Origin: a virus
Taxonomy: Duplodnaviria; Caudoviricetes
Length of the DNA stretch: 64,000 nucleotides
Strand: one strand, 5' to 3'
Virus record (IMG/VR): IMGVR_UViG_3300013212_000061
Location: 16,025 to 80,024 of that record
The notes under the pieces are model-generated. The model was given only the letters and a program-made list of their open reading frames with translations, was not told the DNA's origin and searched no databases. The position numbers were made by a program, and so were the translations under genes. Below, piece after piece: positions 30,676 to 40,637 of the stretch (the first letter of the stretch is position 1; every line of letters begins with the position of its first letter).

Positions 30676-31626
30676 ATGATTCAAGCACTTTTTACAGAAA
30701 AATATAGACCAAAAAATCTAGAAGATTTAATCCTTCCAGAACGTGTAATGTCAAAATTTGAAAATGGATTAACACAGAACATGCTATTAGCAGGTAGTCC
30801 TGGAACTGGTAAAACTTCAACTGCAAAAGCTATTGTTAACCAATTTGGATTACCATACCTTTATATTAATGCATCTACTGATACTTCAGTTGATGTAATT
30901 AGAACCCGGATCACTGATTTCTGTTCAACGATGTCAATCCTAGATGACCAAGGAAAATTTAAGGTTGTAATATTAGATGAGGTTGATGGTGTATCTGACC
31001 AATTCTTTAAAGCGCTTCGTGCAACCATGGAGCAGTTTGCAAGTAACTCCCGTTTTATTGCAACTTGCAATTATGTTAATAAAATCCCAGATCCAATTCT
31101 TTCCAGGTTTGAAGTTATTAATTTTGACTTTGATAAATCCGAAGAGAATGAATTGACCAAGAAATATATTAGAAGGGTTTATGATATTTGTGGAAAGGAA
31201 GGAATGACAATTGAAAAACCTGCATTGGTAGAATTTGTTAAAAGAAACTTTCCGGACCTAAGAAGTACTCTTAATAAATTACAAGGTTATAAAACGCAAG
31301 GTACTCAAAACATTACAGTTGATGATGTTAAAAAGTTTAATTCAGTCTATAAAGACATGTTTGACCTTATTTTTAATCAAATGGACCCTGTAGTTAACTA
31401 TAAGTATATTGTAGGAGAATATTCAAATAGGGTAGATGATGTGTTGCAAACGCTTGGTCAAGAATTTATTGAGTACATACAAACAGAAAAACCTCAAAAT
31501 GCTCGACACATTCCACAAATTGCAATTTGCGTTGCAGAACATCAAGCACAGAGAACATTAGTAATCGATCCGGTTATTACATTGCTTTCATGTGTTTATA
31601 AAATTCAAACAATAGTTAACGGTTAA
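30676..31626 (+). CDS. Clamp loader large subunit (gp44-like, RFC AAA+)
   Basis: EKYRP, GSPGTGKTS, INAS, ILDEVD, SRF, FPDLR; class II promoter at 30625. Confidence 0.93.
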   Translation: MIQALFTEKYRPKNLEDLILPERVMSKFENGLTQNMLLAGSPGTGKTSTAKAIVNQFGLPYLYINASTDTSVDVIRTRITDFCSTMSILDDQGKFKVVILDEVDGVSDQFFKALRATMEQFASNSRFIATCNYVNKIPDPILSRFEVINFDFDKSEENELTKKYIRRVYDICGKEGMTIEKPALVEFVKRNFPDLRSTLNKLQGYKTQGTQNITVDDVKKFNSVYKDMFDLIFNQMDPVVNYKYIVGEYSNRVDDVLQTLGQEFIEYIQTEKPQNARHIPQIAICVAEHQAQRTLVIDPVITLLSCVYKIQTIVNG

Positions 31627-31627
31627 G

Positions 31628-32416
31628 ATGGAAAAAGTAGCAATAATTTGCCCAATCAAAGATGAAAATACATTTATTCATAAATTCTTTGAGTATTACA
31701 AGCAACATTTAGATAGTAAGGATATTTATATTCTAGATTTTGGTTCGTCTGAAGAGTATATAAAAGATGTAATTAGTCCCAATGCAAATGTAATCCATAC
31801 CAATGCTGATATTCTAGATGCACCTGGAGTTTTTAATGAAATAAAAAGGCAAATGGTATTGTTAAAATCTAATGGATATGATTTTGTGATTCCATTAGAT
31901 GTTGATGAGATATTATGCTATCATGAAGAGGGAGGACTAAAAGGATTCTTACAAGGTTTAACAAAATCTGACAATATAGCTACATGTAGAGGTTATGAAG
32001 TAATCCACATTCCAACCCTACAAGAAGACCTAAAAAAGGATGAACCATGGGCACCTCAAATTAAATACTGGTACCCTGACCAACAGTGGTATGGAAAAAC
32101 TTTAATTTCAAGAGATCAATTAGATTGGGGAATAGGTTTCCATAAGTATAAAATAAATAATGTTTGGCAACCTGATACAATGGTTGATAATAGATTATTT
32201 TTAATTCACATGCATAAAAGTGATTTTAAAACAACAATTGAACGTCACCAAAAATGGTCTTCAATGACTTGGTCCGATGAAACTATCGAAAATGGTTACA
32301 ACTACCATTATAGAATGACCGAAAAGCAAAAAATAATAGATTGGTATTTTGAACCAATCTTAAACAATCCAATATACGAAATTCCAGAGATAATAAAAAA
32401 TAACATAAAAATATAA
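31628..32416 (+). CDS. GT-A fold glycosyltransferase (family 2-like)
   Basis: IKDE, ILDFGS, LDVDE (DxD). Confidence 0.7.
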   Translation: MEKVAIICPIKDENTFIHKFFEYYKQHLDSKDIYILDFGSSEEYIKDVISPNANVIHTNADILDAPGVFNEIKRQMVLLKSNGYDFVIPLDVDEILCYHEEGGLKGFLQGLTKSDNIATCRGYEVIHIPTLQEDLKKDEPWAPQIKYWYPDQQWYGKTLISRDQLDWGIGFHKYKINNVWQPDTMVDNRLFLIHMHKSDFKTTIERHQKWSSMTWSDETIENGYNYHYRMTEKQKIIDWYFEPILNNPIYEIPEIIKNNIKI

Positions 32417-32426
32417 CACAAAATAT

Positions 32427-32460
32427 TTTACCGTGTCAGATTTTTTTATTATATTTACAT
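32427..32460 (+). promoter_or_regulatory. Class I (host-sigma, early) promoter TTTA-N19-TATATTTA
   Basis: Geometry matches the Bacteroidota TTTG-N19..21-TAnnTTTG promoter. Confidence 0.7.
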
Positions 32461-32477
32461 AAATAAATTATAGAACT

Positions 32478-33710
32478 ATGAAACTAGGAAAACACACACT
32501 TATTATCGACGGAAATTACTTCGTGCATAGCAGACTTTTTGTACTTCCACGCCCTAAAAAAGAACAATTATTAGGAGACAGAGATGGACAAGAACAATTC
32601 ATGCGAAAACTATGTATTGACTTTGCATCAGAGGTCCGAAAAATGACTCCATTTGTCGACCAAATTGTGGTTGCAGTCGATTCAAAATCATGGCGTAAAG
32701 ACCTGTTTCCAACAGCAGAATATAAAGGTACCCGAGTTGCTGATAGTTCAGTTAACTGGGAAAATGTATTTAATGTTTACACAGAATTCCAAGACATTCT
32801 TGCAAAGCAAGGTGTTATTATACATAAAGTTCCTGGTGCAGAAGCTGATGATATTCTATTCGGTTGGTCGACCCAATTAAACAATGAAGGTAAAAACTGT
32901 ATCGTTTGGACTGGTGACCGTGACCTTATTCAATTAGTTAATTATAATGAAGCTACAGATGCATATACCCTATGGTATTACAATTCTAAACGTAGATTGT
33001 TAGCATTTGAAGGTTTCGAAAACCTTATTAATAAACCTAATGAGGTAGAAATTTCAAATGATGACCTATTATTTAACATGGGTTCTGCTGATGTACTTAA
33101 TAACCAACTTAAAGGTGATTTTATTAGTTGGATAGCTAAAAATGGTGTTGAGATTGAAGAGATTAATTGTGATGATTTTATCTTCTCTAAAATCTTACAG
33201 GGAGATAAAAGTGATAACATCCAATCTGTAGTTTCATGGACTAAAAGAACTAGTACTGGTTCTATCCGAAACTATTCAATCACTGAAAAGCAGGCAATTC
33301 AAATCCTAGAAAAATATCGTGAAATTGAAGGTAACTTCCACATTGACCATTTTTTCTCTGAGGAACAGGTTAAAACAATAGTTGATATGATTCATGATGT
33401 TGTTGGTAAATCTACAATTGATGAAATACGTCTACGATTTAACCAAAATCTTGACTTAATGCTCCTGCATTATAACACAATACCTGGTGGAATTCAAAAA
33501 GCAATATATAATGAAATTGAGAAAGATTTTACAGTTGAAACTCGATTGGCCGGACTAACTCAGATGGAAAAGATATTGGAAGGATCTCAGTGGAATTCTA
33601 AAGGTTCAGCCGGAAGTGGAGCTCCAAAAAGTTTTGACCCATTTGCAACGTTGCAATTAGACAAAGTCTCTCAACTACCTGAAACTAAAAAAATAAATAC
33701 ACTATTTTAA
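32478..33710 (+). CDS. rnh: 5'-3' exonuclease / T4 RNase H-like flap endonuclease
   Basis: IIDGN, SWRK..F...YKGTR, EADD, GDRDLIQL, GDKSDNI. Confidence 0.88.
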   Translation: MKLGKHTLIIDGNYFVHSRLFVLPRPKKEQLLGDRDGQEQFMRKLCIDFASEVRKMTPFVDQIVVAVDSKSWRKDLFPTAEYKGTRVADSSVNWENVFNVYTEFQDILAKQGVIIHKVPGAEADDILFGWSTQLNNEGKNCIVWTGDRDLIQLVNYNEATDAYTLWYYNSKRRLLAFEGFENLINKPNEVEISNDDLLFNMGSADVLNNQLKGDFISWIAKNGVEIEEINCDDFIFSKILQGDKSDNIQSVVSWTKRTSTGSIRNYSITEKQAIQILEKYREIEGNFHIDHFFSEEQVKTIVDMIHDVVGKSTIDEIRLRFNQNLDLMLLHYNTIPGGIQKAIYNEIEKDFTVETRLAGLTQMEKILEGSQWNSKGSAGSGAPKSFDPFATLQLDKVSQLPETKKINTLF

Positions 33711-33711
33711 A

Positions 33712-33882
33712 ATGACTAGCGAGGATATTTTAACAGAAATCTTAATTGAAGCTCATAAAGACGGTGACTTTGACAAAGTTATTGCAGAGGTAAACAAATT
33801 AAAAAAAACCGATATAAAAAGTACACAACTTGAACTTTTTGAAAAAGCAATAAAAAATGTTAGACGAAACAAAACTGTTTGA
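33712..33882 (+). CDS. 56-aa hypothetical protein
   Basis: MTSEDILTEILIEAHK..., read by hand; fills the gap. Confidence 0.5.
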   Translation: MTSEDILTEILIEAHKDGDFDKVIAEVNKLKKTDIKSTQLELFEKAIKNVRRNKTV

Positions 33883-34285
33883 TTTTATAAAAATCTTATT
33901 TACCAAGCCTGCTGAATACAAAAAAATAAGTAACCATAATAAGAAGCGACATCATTTCATGATTAATCGCTTCTTTTCGATTCAATACCCTACAAATGCC
34001 CAATTATTTAATAAAAATGGGATTAATCCACTTGCAGTAATTGATAGTTGGTCTCTTGTTGCAGCCAGATTTAAGAGTGTGCCCGCTTGGATTTATACCA
34101 AGACCAAAAAGTCCGAAAAAGAAGTGACTTCAAAAAGCAAATATATACCATCAGAAGAGGCCATCTCATTCTTTATGCAAAGAAATGAAATTGGCAAAAG
34201 AGAATTTAAAGAACTTGAAAAATTTGCTAAAGAAGAACTTTATATCTCTTTACAGAGGATAGAGAATTCGATGCAGGTATATTAA
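33857..34285 (+). CDS. Clamp loader small subunit (gp62-like)
   Basis: LFDFIK..., FMINRFFS pattern. Confidence 0.6.
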   Translation: MLDETKLFDFIKILFTKPAEYKKISNHNKKRHHFMINRFFSIQYPTNAQLFNKNGINPLAVIDSWSLVAARFKSVPAWIYTKTKKSEKEVTSKSKYIPSEEAISFFMQRNEIGKREFKELEKFAKEELYISLQRIENSMQVY

Positions 34286-34294
34286 TATCCGACT

Positions 34295-34939
34295 ATGCAA
34301 CAATTTGAATTTAGTTCGATGCCAACGGCGATCGACGTTACACTATACAAATATAATTACATTGATAATAAATTATGGGCACAAATCCAAAACGATACTG
34401 ATTTTATCGAACTTGGGAATGACTCTATAATGATATCGTCAACTCAATTAAAATTTGTACTAGATAAATATTATCAAAGTTCTATCAATAAAATTAAATC
34501 AGTTGGTTCTGATTTTATCCATAAGGAAATCAATACAGTGTTTTTTCTTTTTCAAATTCTACTAGAAATGGAGAATTTGCAATATATTAAATTAACGCTT
34601 AACAAGGATAAAAAGTACTCTAGAATAATTGAAACTGATGGTGTAAAAATGATTCAATTCAGTTTTAAGTTACTAACAGCGACTCTAAGACTTTATGATT
34701 TATATGAAGATGATGAACTTCCACTGGTTAATAAAATTCTAGAAGAACTTGAAGTATTTGAAGAGGGAATTCCATATGTCAGACTTAATGCAAAAGAACT
34801 TTATGATAGTATACTTTTCTATCTTGAAGAAAAAGACCCAGAAGATCTGGAGGCTGGAATAGTTACTGACATTTTAGATATACTTGAGTCTAAAATTGAG
34901 AAAGAGGACCCATTAATCCTATTAATTACTGACTACTAA
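34295..34939 (+). CDS. Hypothetical protein
   Basis: Long ORF in the operon. Confidence 0.6.
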   Translation: MQQFEFSSMPTAIDVTLYKYNYIDNKLWAQIQNDTDFIELGNDSIMISSTQLKFVLDKYYQSSINKIKSVGSDFIHKEINTVFFLFQILLEMENLQYIKLTLNKDKKYSRIIETDGVKMIQFSFKLLTATLRLYDLYEDDELPLVNKILEELEVFEEGIPYVRLNAKELYDSILFYLEEKDPEDLEAGIVTDILDILESKIEKEDPLILLITDY

Positions 34940-34973
34940 TATTTCGTGAATATATAAAAGAAAAACATTTGAT

Positions 34974-35378
34974 ATGAATTTCTTTAGTAATTTTGGTAAA
35001 AGAGAAGCATTAATCTATATTATAGTCGCTCTTTGGGTAGGGATGGGACTTTTTGGAGCCTTTAAAGAGGCAAGCTTTACAGACCTTTCGATATATTTTG
35101 GATCCCTAACCGCATACGCTGCAACTTATATATGGGCTGAATCTAAAAAACCAAGTTCAAAATCATCAATTCTTAAAAAGGGACCAAATTCCAGAAAAGA
35201 GGTAATGATCTATGTTATTGTTATTCTTTGGGCTATCGCAGGATGCGGAGCCATTTACTTTAAAGCAAACTTAGGAGAACTTGCACTTTATTTTGTATCA
35301 TTAACTGGATTTGTAGCATCTTGGCTAGCTGGAGAGGTTTATGCTCCACAAGACACGATAAATAAAAATAAAGACTAA
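34974..35378 (+). CDS. Late 4-TM membrane protein with internal duplication (holin candidate)
   Basis: Two copies of (K/R)E..IY.IV.LW...G..GA....L.LYF.SLT; AATATATAA upstream. Confidence 0.5.
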   Translation: MNFFSNFGKREALIYIIVALWVGMGLFGAFKEASFTDLSIYFGSLTAYAATYIWAESKKPSSKSSILKKGPNSRKEVMIYVIVILWAIAGCGAIYFKANLGELALYFVSLTGFVASWLAGEVYAPQDTINKNKD

Positions 35379-35380
35379 TA

Positions 35381-37315
35381 ATGGTAACTAAATATACAGC
35401 AAATGAATATGGTGATTTTTTTGTCGCATCTATTCAACAACCATATCTTAATGTAATTCGCGTACTTGATTGGAACATCGTTGCGGGTGTTAAAAAAAGA
35501 AACATGACTGGTAATGTAACCGGATCAAGCGCATCAACTCATGTCTATGGATATGAAACTCAATTTGATACATCATTTGCTGGTGGAGATTCTATAATTA
35601 TTGGTAATATAACATATCAAATAGATGTTGTTATTAGCAATACTGAATTGACTGTTACTGAACCTTTACAATATAATTTTACAAATGCTCAATACTATAC
35701 AACACCAGATACTGTAACTTTTTTTGAGTATGAATTTAGATGGTCCACAACCGGCAAATCTTTTTCTGAGTTTGTTCCATTAAATCATGAAATAGGACCT
35801 GGAGACATACAAGGAATTACATTTGACCACCTAAAACCTCTTTACATTGATGTTAAGTCTGAAGTTGCTGGATTAGCTACTGGAAATACTATAACATTCC
35901 TTTCAATAGAATTTACAATTGAAACTGAGGCCGGAATAATTGAATCATGTCCTAATTTTTGTACTGATTGTACCGACCCTTTTGCAATGAATGGTTGTGC
36001 AAATATTCAAGTTACATGCAATACATTAAATCAATTCAATCCTTATGCTCTTACCAAATCGGTTAAAATGTATAAGCAACTTGTCAATATTGTTAATGGC
36101 ATCTTTGGACATCAAGTTACTTATTTTAAGACAGAACCCGATGCAAGAACAACGGATGTTATTTTAATGGAATATTCATTGCATAACGTAACCGACAAGC
36201 AAACAATAAAGATAATGGTTCCAGATAATGAATTTCCAACTGAATCACATACTTATGATATATTTGGAATTGAATTAGAGGATTTTGAAATTCATATAAC
36301 TGCTGAAGAATTTGAAACACATTTTGGAGCAGGAAAATATCCAAGAAACAAGGACTATATGTTTATTCCGATCATTAATAAAATGTACGAAATAAATTCT
36401 GTTTCCCTAGCAGATGAATTTAATAGAAGCCACTCATATTGGAAAGTTAAACTTGTTAAATATCAAGACCGCGGGGATGTTATCAAAGGACAATTTGATG
36501 ATGACACTGACGTGCTAATAACTGGAATTGAAGAAATATTTGGAGAGAGAATTCAAGACGAATATAAAAAGAATCTTAAGCCGGAAATATTCCAAACAGT
36601 TATTGATAAACATCACGATGGAATCCGAACTTTTGTTGATAGAAAACTTAGAATAGTTGATTATGAATTAAAAAATAGATGGACTATTGTCAGCAAAAAT
36701 CATTACAATTTTTTAAATATGACAACAGGAGATTCTGCTGTAATTTATGAAGCACAATCCGAAGTTAAGTCTGGAAATAGTATTGCATTCTCTTCATGGT
36801 TTGCCCCTCGATTTGCAACAAATTCAACTTTAAATTACAGATTAATTGGAGATACTGCAGATAAGTTTGAAATAACAATAAGTAATACTGAATTAGTTGT
36901 TACAACTCCACAAGGTACACAATACTTTATGCATGGAATAACGTTTAACCCTGCAAAATGGTATGGCTATGTTGTTAATATCAATAATGAATTTCTTCAA
37001 ATGTCTGCATCAATATACAGTCTTGATACTTCAAACAATATGATGCTTCCTCAAAGTGCTGAAAATAATTTAACTAATGAATTTACTCAGATAGTACCTC
37101 AACTTGAAGAGCAAATCTGGACTTCTCAAGCAAAATTTGAATTAGTTGCAAATCAAATGTTAATGACAAACATTAGAGTATTTAGTACTCCTATTGAATT
37201 TGAACAGCATTCAAATATTTTAAATCAATATGTTGTGCGAGATAATCAACTTGCAATTATTGTTGATAATGCAATTCCAAGCATAGGATTCCAAAAATAT
37301 GCCAACCCTCGTTAA
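35381..37315 (+). CDS. Neck/head-closure protein (gp14-like core) with extra beta domains
   Basis: FGIELEDFEIHI, PR..DYMFIP..NKMYEI.SV core; located before terminase. Confidence 0.55.
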   Translation: MVTKYTANEYGDFFVASIQQPYLNVIRVLDWNIVAGVKKRNMTGNVTGSSASTHVYGYETQFDTSFAGGDSIIIGNITYQIDVVISNTELTVTEPLQYNFTNAQYYTTPDTVTFFEYEFRWSTTGKSFSEFVPLNHEIGPGDIQGITFDHLKPLYIDVKSEVAGLATGNTITFLSIEFTIETEAGIIESCPNFCTDCTDPFAMNGCANIQVTCNTLNQFNPYALTKSVKMYKQLVNIVNGIFGHQVTYFKTEPDARTTDVILMEYSLHNVTDKQTIKIMVPDNEFPTESHTYDIFGIELEDFEIHITAEEFETHFGAGKYPRNKDYMFIPIINKMYEINSVSLADEFNRSHSYWKVKLVKYQDRGDVIKGQFDDDTDVLITGIEEIFGERIQDEYKKNLKPEIFQTVIDKHHDGIRTFVDRKLRIVDYELKNRWTIVSKNHYNFLNMTTGDSAVIYEAQSEVKSGNSIAFSSWFAPRFATNSTLNYRLIGDTADKFEITISNTELVVTTPQGTQYFMHGITFNPAKWYGYVVNINNEFLQMSASIYSLDTSNNMMLPQSAENNLTNEFTQIVPQLEEQIWTSQAKFELVANQMLMTNIRVFSTPIEFEQHSNILNQYVVRDNQLAIIVDNAIPSIGFQKYANPR

Positions 37316-37347
37316 TTTCGATATATAATTTAATAAAACAAATTTAT

Positions 37348-37992
37348 ATGTCAGAAAATAAAAGTATAAAAGACCAGGCAGAGGATATCCGAAAGGACCT
37401 AGATGAGTTAATTGGAGCCAGCGCCGGAGAAATATCTCAAGTAATCGAAACTGATGTAGAACTTCCAGCAAGAAGACCTCAAAATCATGTCAGTTTTGCT
37501 GAACTTAAAGAGAGCTCTACCAGAAAGGCTAAGAAAACTATTACCGCCTTAATGAAGTTCTACTTAGACGCAGATATTATAGAGCAAGACGAGTATATTC
37601 AAGCTAAAAAGAAGATGGACGAAATGACAATGAGTTCATTAGTCTATCAACTTCAAGCCGGAGAGCGGGCTCTTACAACCCTATTGGATGCTATTGAAGA
37701 TGGAGAAGTTGCACCAAGAATGTTTGAAGTACTGGCAACACTACAAAAATCAATGCTCGATATAATCAAATCTCAAACAATGTATTTAATGGCAACTGAA
37801 GAAAGTGCCAAAAGAATTGCAAGAGATATTGAGATATACAGAAAACGAGATAACATCAGAGAAATAGAAGTTTCAGGTGGAGACCCAGGCTCAGGAAATG
37901 TTCAAAGAGGTACTAAAGACCTAATGAGAATGATTCGCGAAGGAATTGATTCTGCCGAAACTGACGTTCAAGATGTTGAAATAACCGAATAA
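37348..37992 (+). CDS. Terminase small subunit (gp16-like)
   Basis: PRMFEVLATL.K, GTKDLMR; directly precedes the large subunit. Confidence 0.65.
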   Translation: MSENKSIKDQAEDIRKDLDELIGASAGEISQVIETDVELPARRPQNHVSFAELKESSTRKAKKTITALMKFYLDADIIEQDEYIQAKKKMDEMTMSSLVYQLQAGERALTTLLDAIEDGEVAPRMFEVLATLQKSMLDIIKSQTMYLMATEESAKRIARDIEIYRKRDNIREIEVSGGDPGSGNVQRGTKDLMRMIREGIDSAETDVQDVEITE

Positions 37993-37993
37993 T

Positions 37994-39829
37994 ATGTCAA
38001 ATGAAAACTATATAGGTGATAATAAATGGATCCCTAGTGGAGATTCAGAAAAGGATGCACAAAAACTAGTATGGTCAACTAAGATTATTAATGACTTAAT
38101 GGTTGCCTTGGATAAAGGTTATAGACCCCAAGTCAGTATGCCTTTCTACGAAGGAAAACAATTCTTACGTAGAGGTAATATTGTATTTGAGTATACTGAA
38201 GCAGAACTTAAAGAAATTACAAAGTGCGCAAATGATATTGTTTACTTTGCAGAGAAATATGCAGTTGTAATGACTGATAATGGTATTCAACAAGTAAAAC
38301 TTAGAGAATACCAAAAAGACCTATTAAGGGACTTTCAACACAACCGATTTAATATTGTCCTAGCATCCAGACAGATGGGTAAAACTGTAACTGCCAGTAT
38401 TTTTAATGCATGGTACCTTACATTTAACTATGACAAAACAACCTTACTACTTGCAAATAAATCTGAATCAACAAAAGAGATTATTGACAAGGCTAAAGTT
38501 GTAATTGAGAACCTTCCATTCTTTATGAAGCCGGGAATTATCAAATATGATGTAATGAACGTAAGGGCTGATAATGGTTGTAGACTTGTTGGTCAGTCAA
38601 CTACAGCTAAGTCAGGTATTGGTTTTACTATTCACAATTTATATCTTGATGAGTTTGCTCACGTTCATCCAACGATTGTAAACTCATTCTATGAAAACGT
38701 TTACCCTACACTTTCTGCCTCAAAGATTTCTAGAATCAATATTACCAGTACACCAAATGGATTTAATAAGTTCTATGAAATTTATTCCGATGCTGAAAAA
38801 GGTAATAATGAGTACAAAGCAACCCGAATAGATTGGTGGCAACATCCTGATAGGGACGATGCTTGGTATAAAAGAGAACTTGGAAACTTAGGTTCTGAGG
38901 ATGCTTTTAATAGACAATATGGTAATGAGTTTACCAGCTCATCTAGTTTATTGCTAAGTCCTGGTACGATGAAAAATATCAGAAAGAATGCTAAGAAATT
39001 TGTTTGGCATGATATTGAAGAGTTTGAAAATGCCCATATTGATACTCAAGGATTCCTTTCATTTAACCCTGGCTTTGATATTGAAGAGGCCGCAAACGAA
39101 GAAAAATATTACCTATTTACAGTTGATATTGCAGAAGGGAATGGAGGAGACTATTCGGTTATAAATATGTTTGAAGTTGAACCACTTCCGGATAAAGACA
39201 TAGAAAATTATATTAATCCAGGAGCGATGTATGATTTTTTTAGAATTAATCAAGTTGGAATATTCCGAAGCAATGAGCATCCAATCGAAGACTTTGCAAA
39301 AATCTTATACATATTGGCCCTTGATGTATTTAATGCTGAAAATGTTAAATTGATTATTGAATATAATACTTATGGAAGTATCTTATTACAGTACCTTTCA
39401 ACAGTTTTCCCAGGGAGAAATGAATTTGAAGATGAATTGGTCCTAAGATTTAAACATCGACATGATGCAAAAGCACCAAAACCTGGAATTAGATTAAAGT
39501 CTGATAATAAATCAGTTTTCTGTCAAAACTTTAAAAAGTTTATAGAAATTAATCGCGTTAAGATAAATGATATACAAACAGTCCAAGAGGCCAGTCTTTT
39601 TGGAATCGTTAAAAATGGAAGCTATGGAGCCCAGATGGGAAATGATGATTCAATCATGACATGCATTACAGCAACTGAATTTTTTACAACGGTAGATTAT
39701 GCAGATTATGTTGAAGAGCTATTGGATATTATAGAACCTGAAAAGCACTCACTTATGGAAAAAATATTATATAAAAATAATGATTTTCAAGGAGATTTAC
39801 AATTTGATATTTATTCATTACTAGACTAA
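37994..39829 (+). CDS. Terminase large subunit (gp17-like)
   Basis: LREYQ, SRQMGKT, YLDEFAH, STPNG, VDIAEG.GGDYS, NDD. Confidence 0.95.
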   Translation: MSNENYIGDNKWIPSGDSEKDAQKLVWSTKIINDLMVALDKGYRPQVSMPFYEGKQFLRRGNIVFEYTEAELKEITKCANDIVYFAEKYAVVMTDNGIQQVKLREYQKDLLRDFQHNRFNIVLASRQMGKTVTASIFNAWYLTFNYDKTTLLLANKSESTKEIIDKAKVVIENLPFFMKPGIIKYDVMNVRADNGCRLVGQSTTAKSGIGFTIHNLYLDEFAHVHPTIVNSFYENVYPTLSASKISRINITSTPNGFNKFYEIYSDAEKGNNEYKATRIDWWQHPDRDDAWYKRELGNLGSEDAFNRQYGNEFTSSSSLLLSPGTMKNIRKNAKKFVWHDIEEFENAHIDTQGFLSFNPGFDIEEAANEEKYYLFTVDIAEGNGGDYSVINMFEVEPLPDKDIENYINPGAMYDFFRINQVGIFRSNEHPIEDFAKILYILALDVFNAENVKLIIEYNTYGSILLQYLSTVFPGRNEFEDELVLRFKHRHDAKAPKPGIRLKSDNKSVFCQNFKKFIEINRVKINDIQTVQEASLFGIVKNGSYGAQMGNDDSIMTCITATEFFTTVDYADYVEELLDIIEPEKHSLMEKILYKNNDFQGDLQFDIYSLLD

Positions 39830-40586
39830 TAAAGGTCTCTGATACTACGTTATATTTGGTCGTTCTTTGTTTCATAAGTATACCTCCAGAGACCTTTTTA
39901 ATTTCAATAAGGAAATAAAGATATATAGAATAACGACTAAATATAATTATTAACTTATGATAAAATATCACTATGTGTATAGAATAACTAACACAAAACT
40001 CAACAAACACTATTATGGTTCAAGAACATCTCAAATAGAACCTGCAAAAGATTTGGGACATAAGTACTTTTCAAGTTCTTTTGATAAAGAATTTATCAAA
40101 GACCAAAAGAACAATCCACAGGATTATAAATACGTGATAGTTTCTAAATTTAATTCACGAAAAGAGGCTCTAGAATTAGAAGTTAAACTACACACAAAAT
40201 TTAACGTAGGAGTTAACAATAATTTTTATAATAAAGCTAGAGCAACTTCTTCAAAATTCACAATGGAAGGAACCAAAATATCGGAAGAAACTAGACTAAA
40301 GCATATTGGCGAAAATAATGGAATGTATGCTAAAAATCATACAATTGAATCTAGAATTAAAATGAGTCAATCTAGTAAAAATCCATCCGAAGCTACTCGA
40401 AAAAAAATGTCTGAAAATCATGCGGACGTTTCAGGAGATAAAAATCCAATGTATAATAAAAATCATACAATTGAATCTAGAATTAAAATGTCAAAGCCAA
40501 AGACCGAAGAACATCGTCGCAAAATGTCCGAAGCGGCAAAAAGAAGATACTCTAAATAAAAAGACATATACGATTTATTGGTATAA
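39800..40586 (+). mobile_element. Endonuclease cassette inserted into the terminase 3' end
   Basis: Terminase ends DIYSLLD*; an orphan DIYDLLV* lies at 40563-40586; left boundary approximate. Confidence 0.65.
39957..40559 (+). CDS. GIY-YIG homing endonuclease with NUMOD3 repeats
   Basis: YVYRITN..YYG.R..Y..SS, E, YN; two N.MY.KNHT.ESR.KMS repeats. Confidence 0.85.
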   Translation: MIKYHYVYRITNTKLNKHYYGSRTSQIEPAKDLGHKYFSSSFDKEFIKDQKNNPQDYKYVIVSKFNSRKEALELEVKLHTKFNVGVNNNFYNKARATSSKFTMEGTKISEETRLKHIGENNGMYAKNHTIESRIKMSQSSKNPSEATRKKMSENHADVSGDKNPMYNKNHTIESRIKMSKPKTEEHRRKMSEAAKRRYSK

Positions 40587-40637
40587 AATCCATTTTAATT
40601 TAGATATCTAATAAAAGAAAAAAATATAATTAAAATT

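Noticed and set aside
39830-40600. Group I intron around the GIY-YIG gene
   Set aside because: Flanks too short, no P/Q/R/S core, and terminase is complete before the insertion
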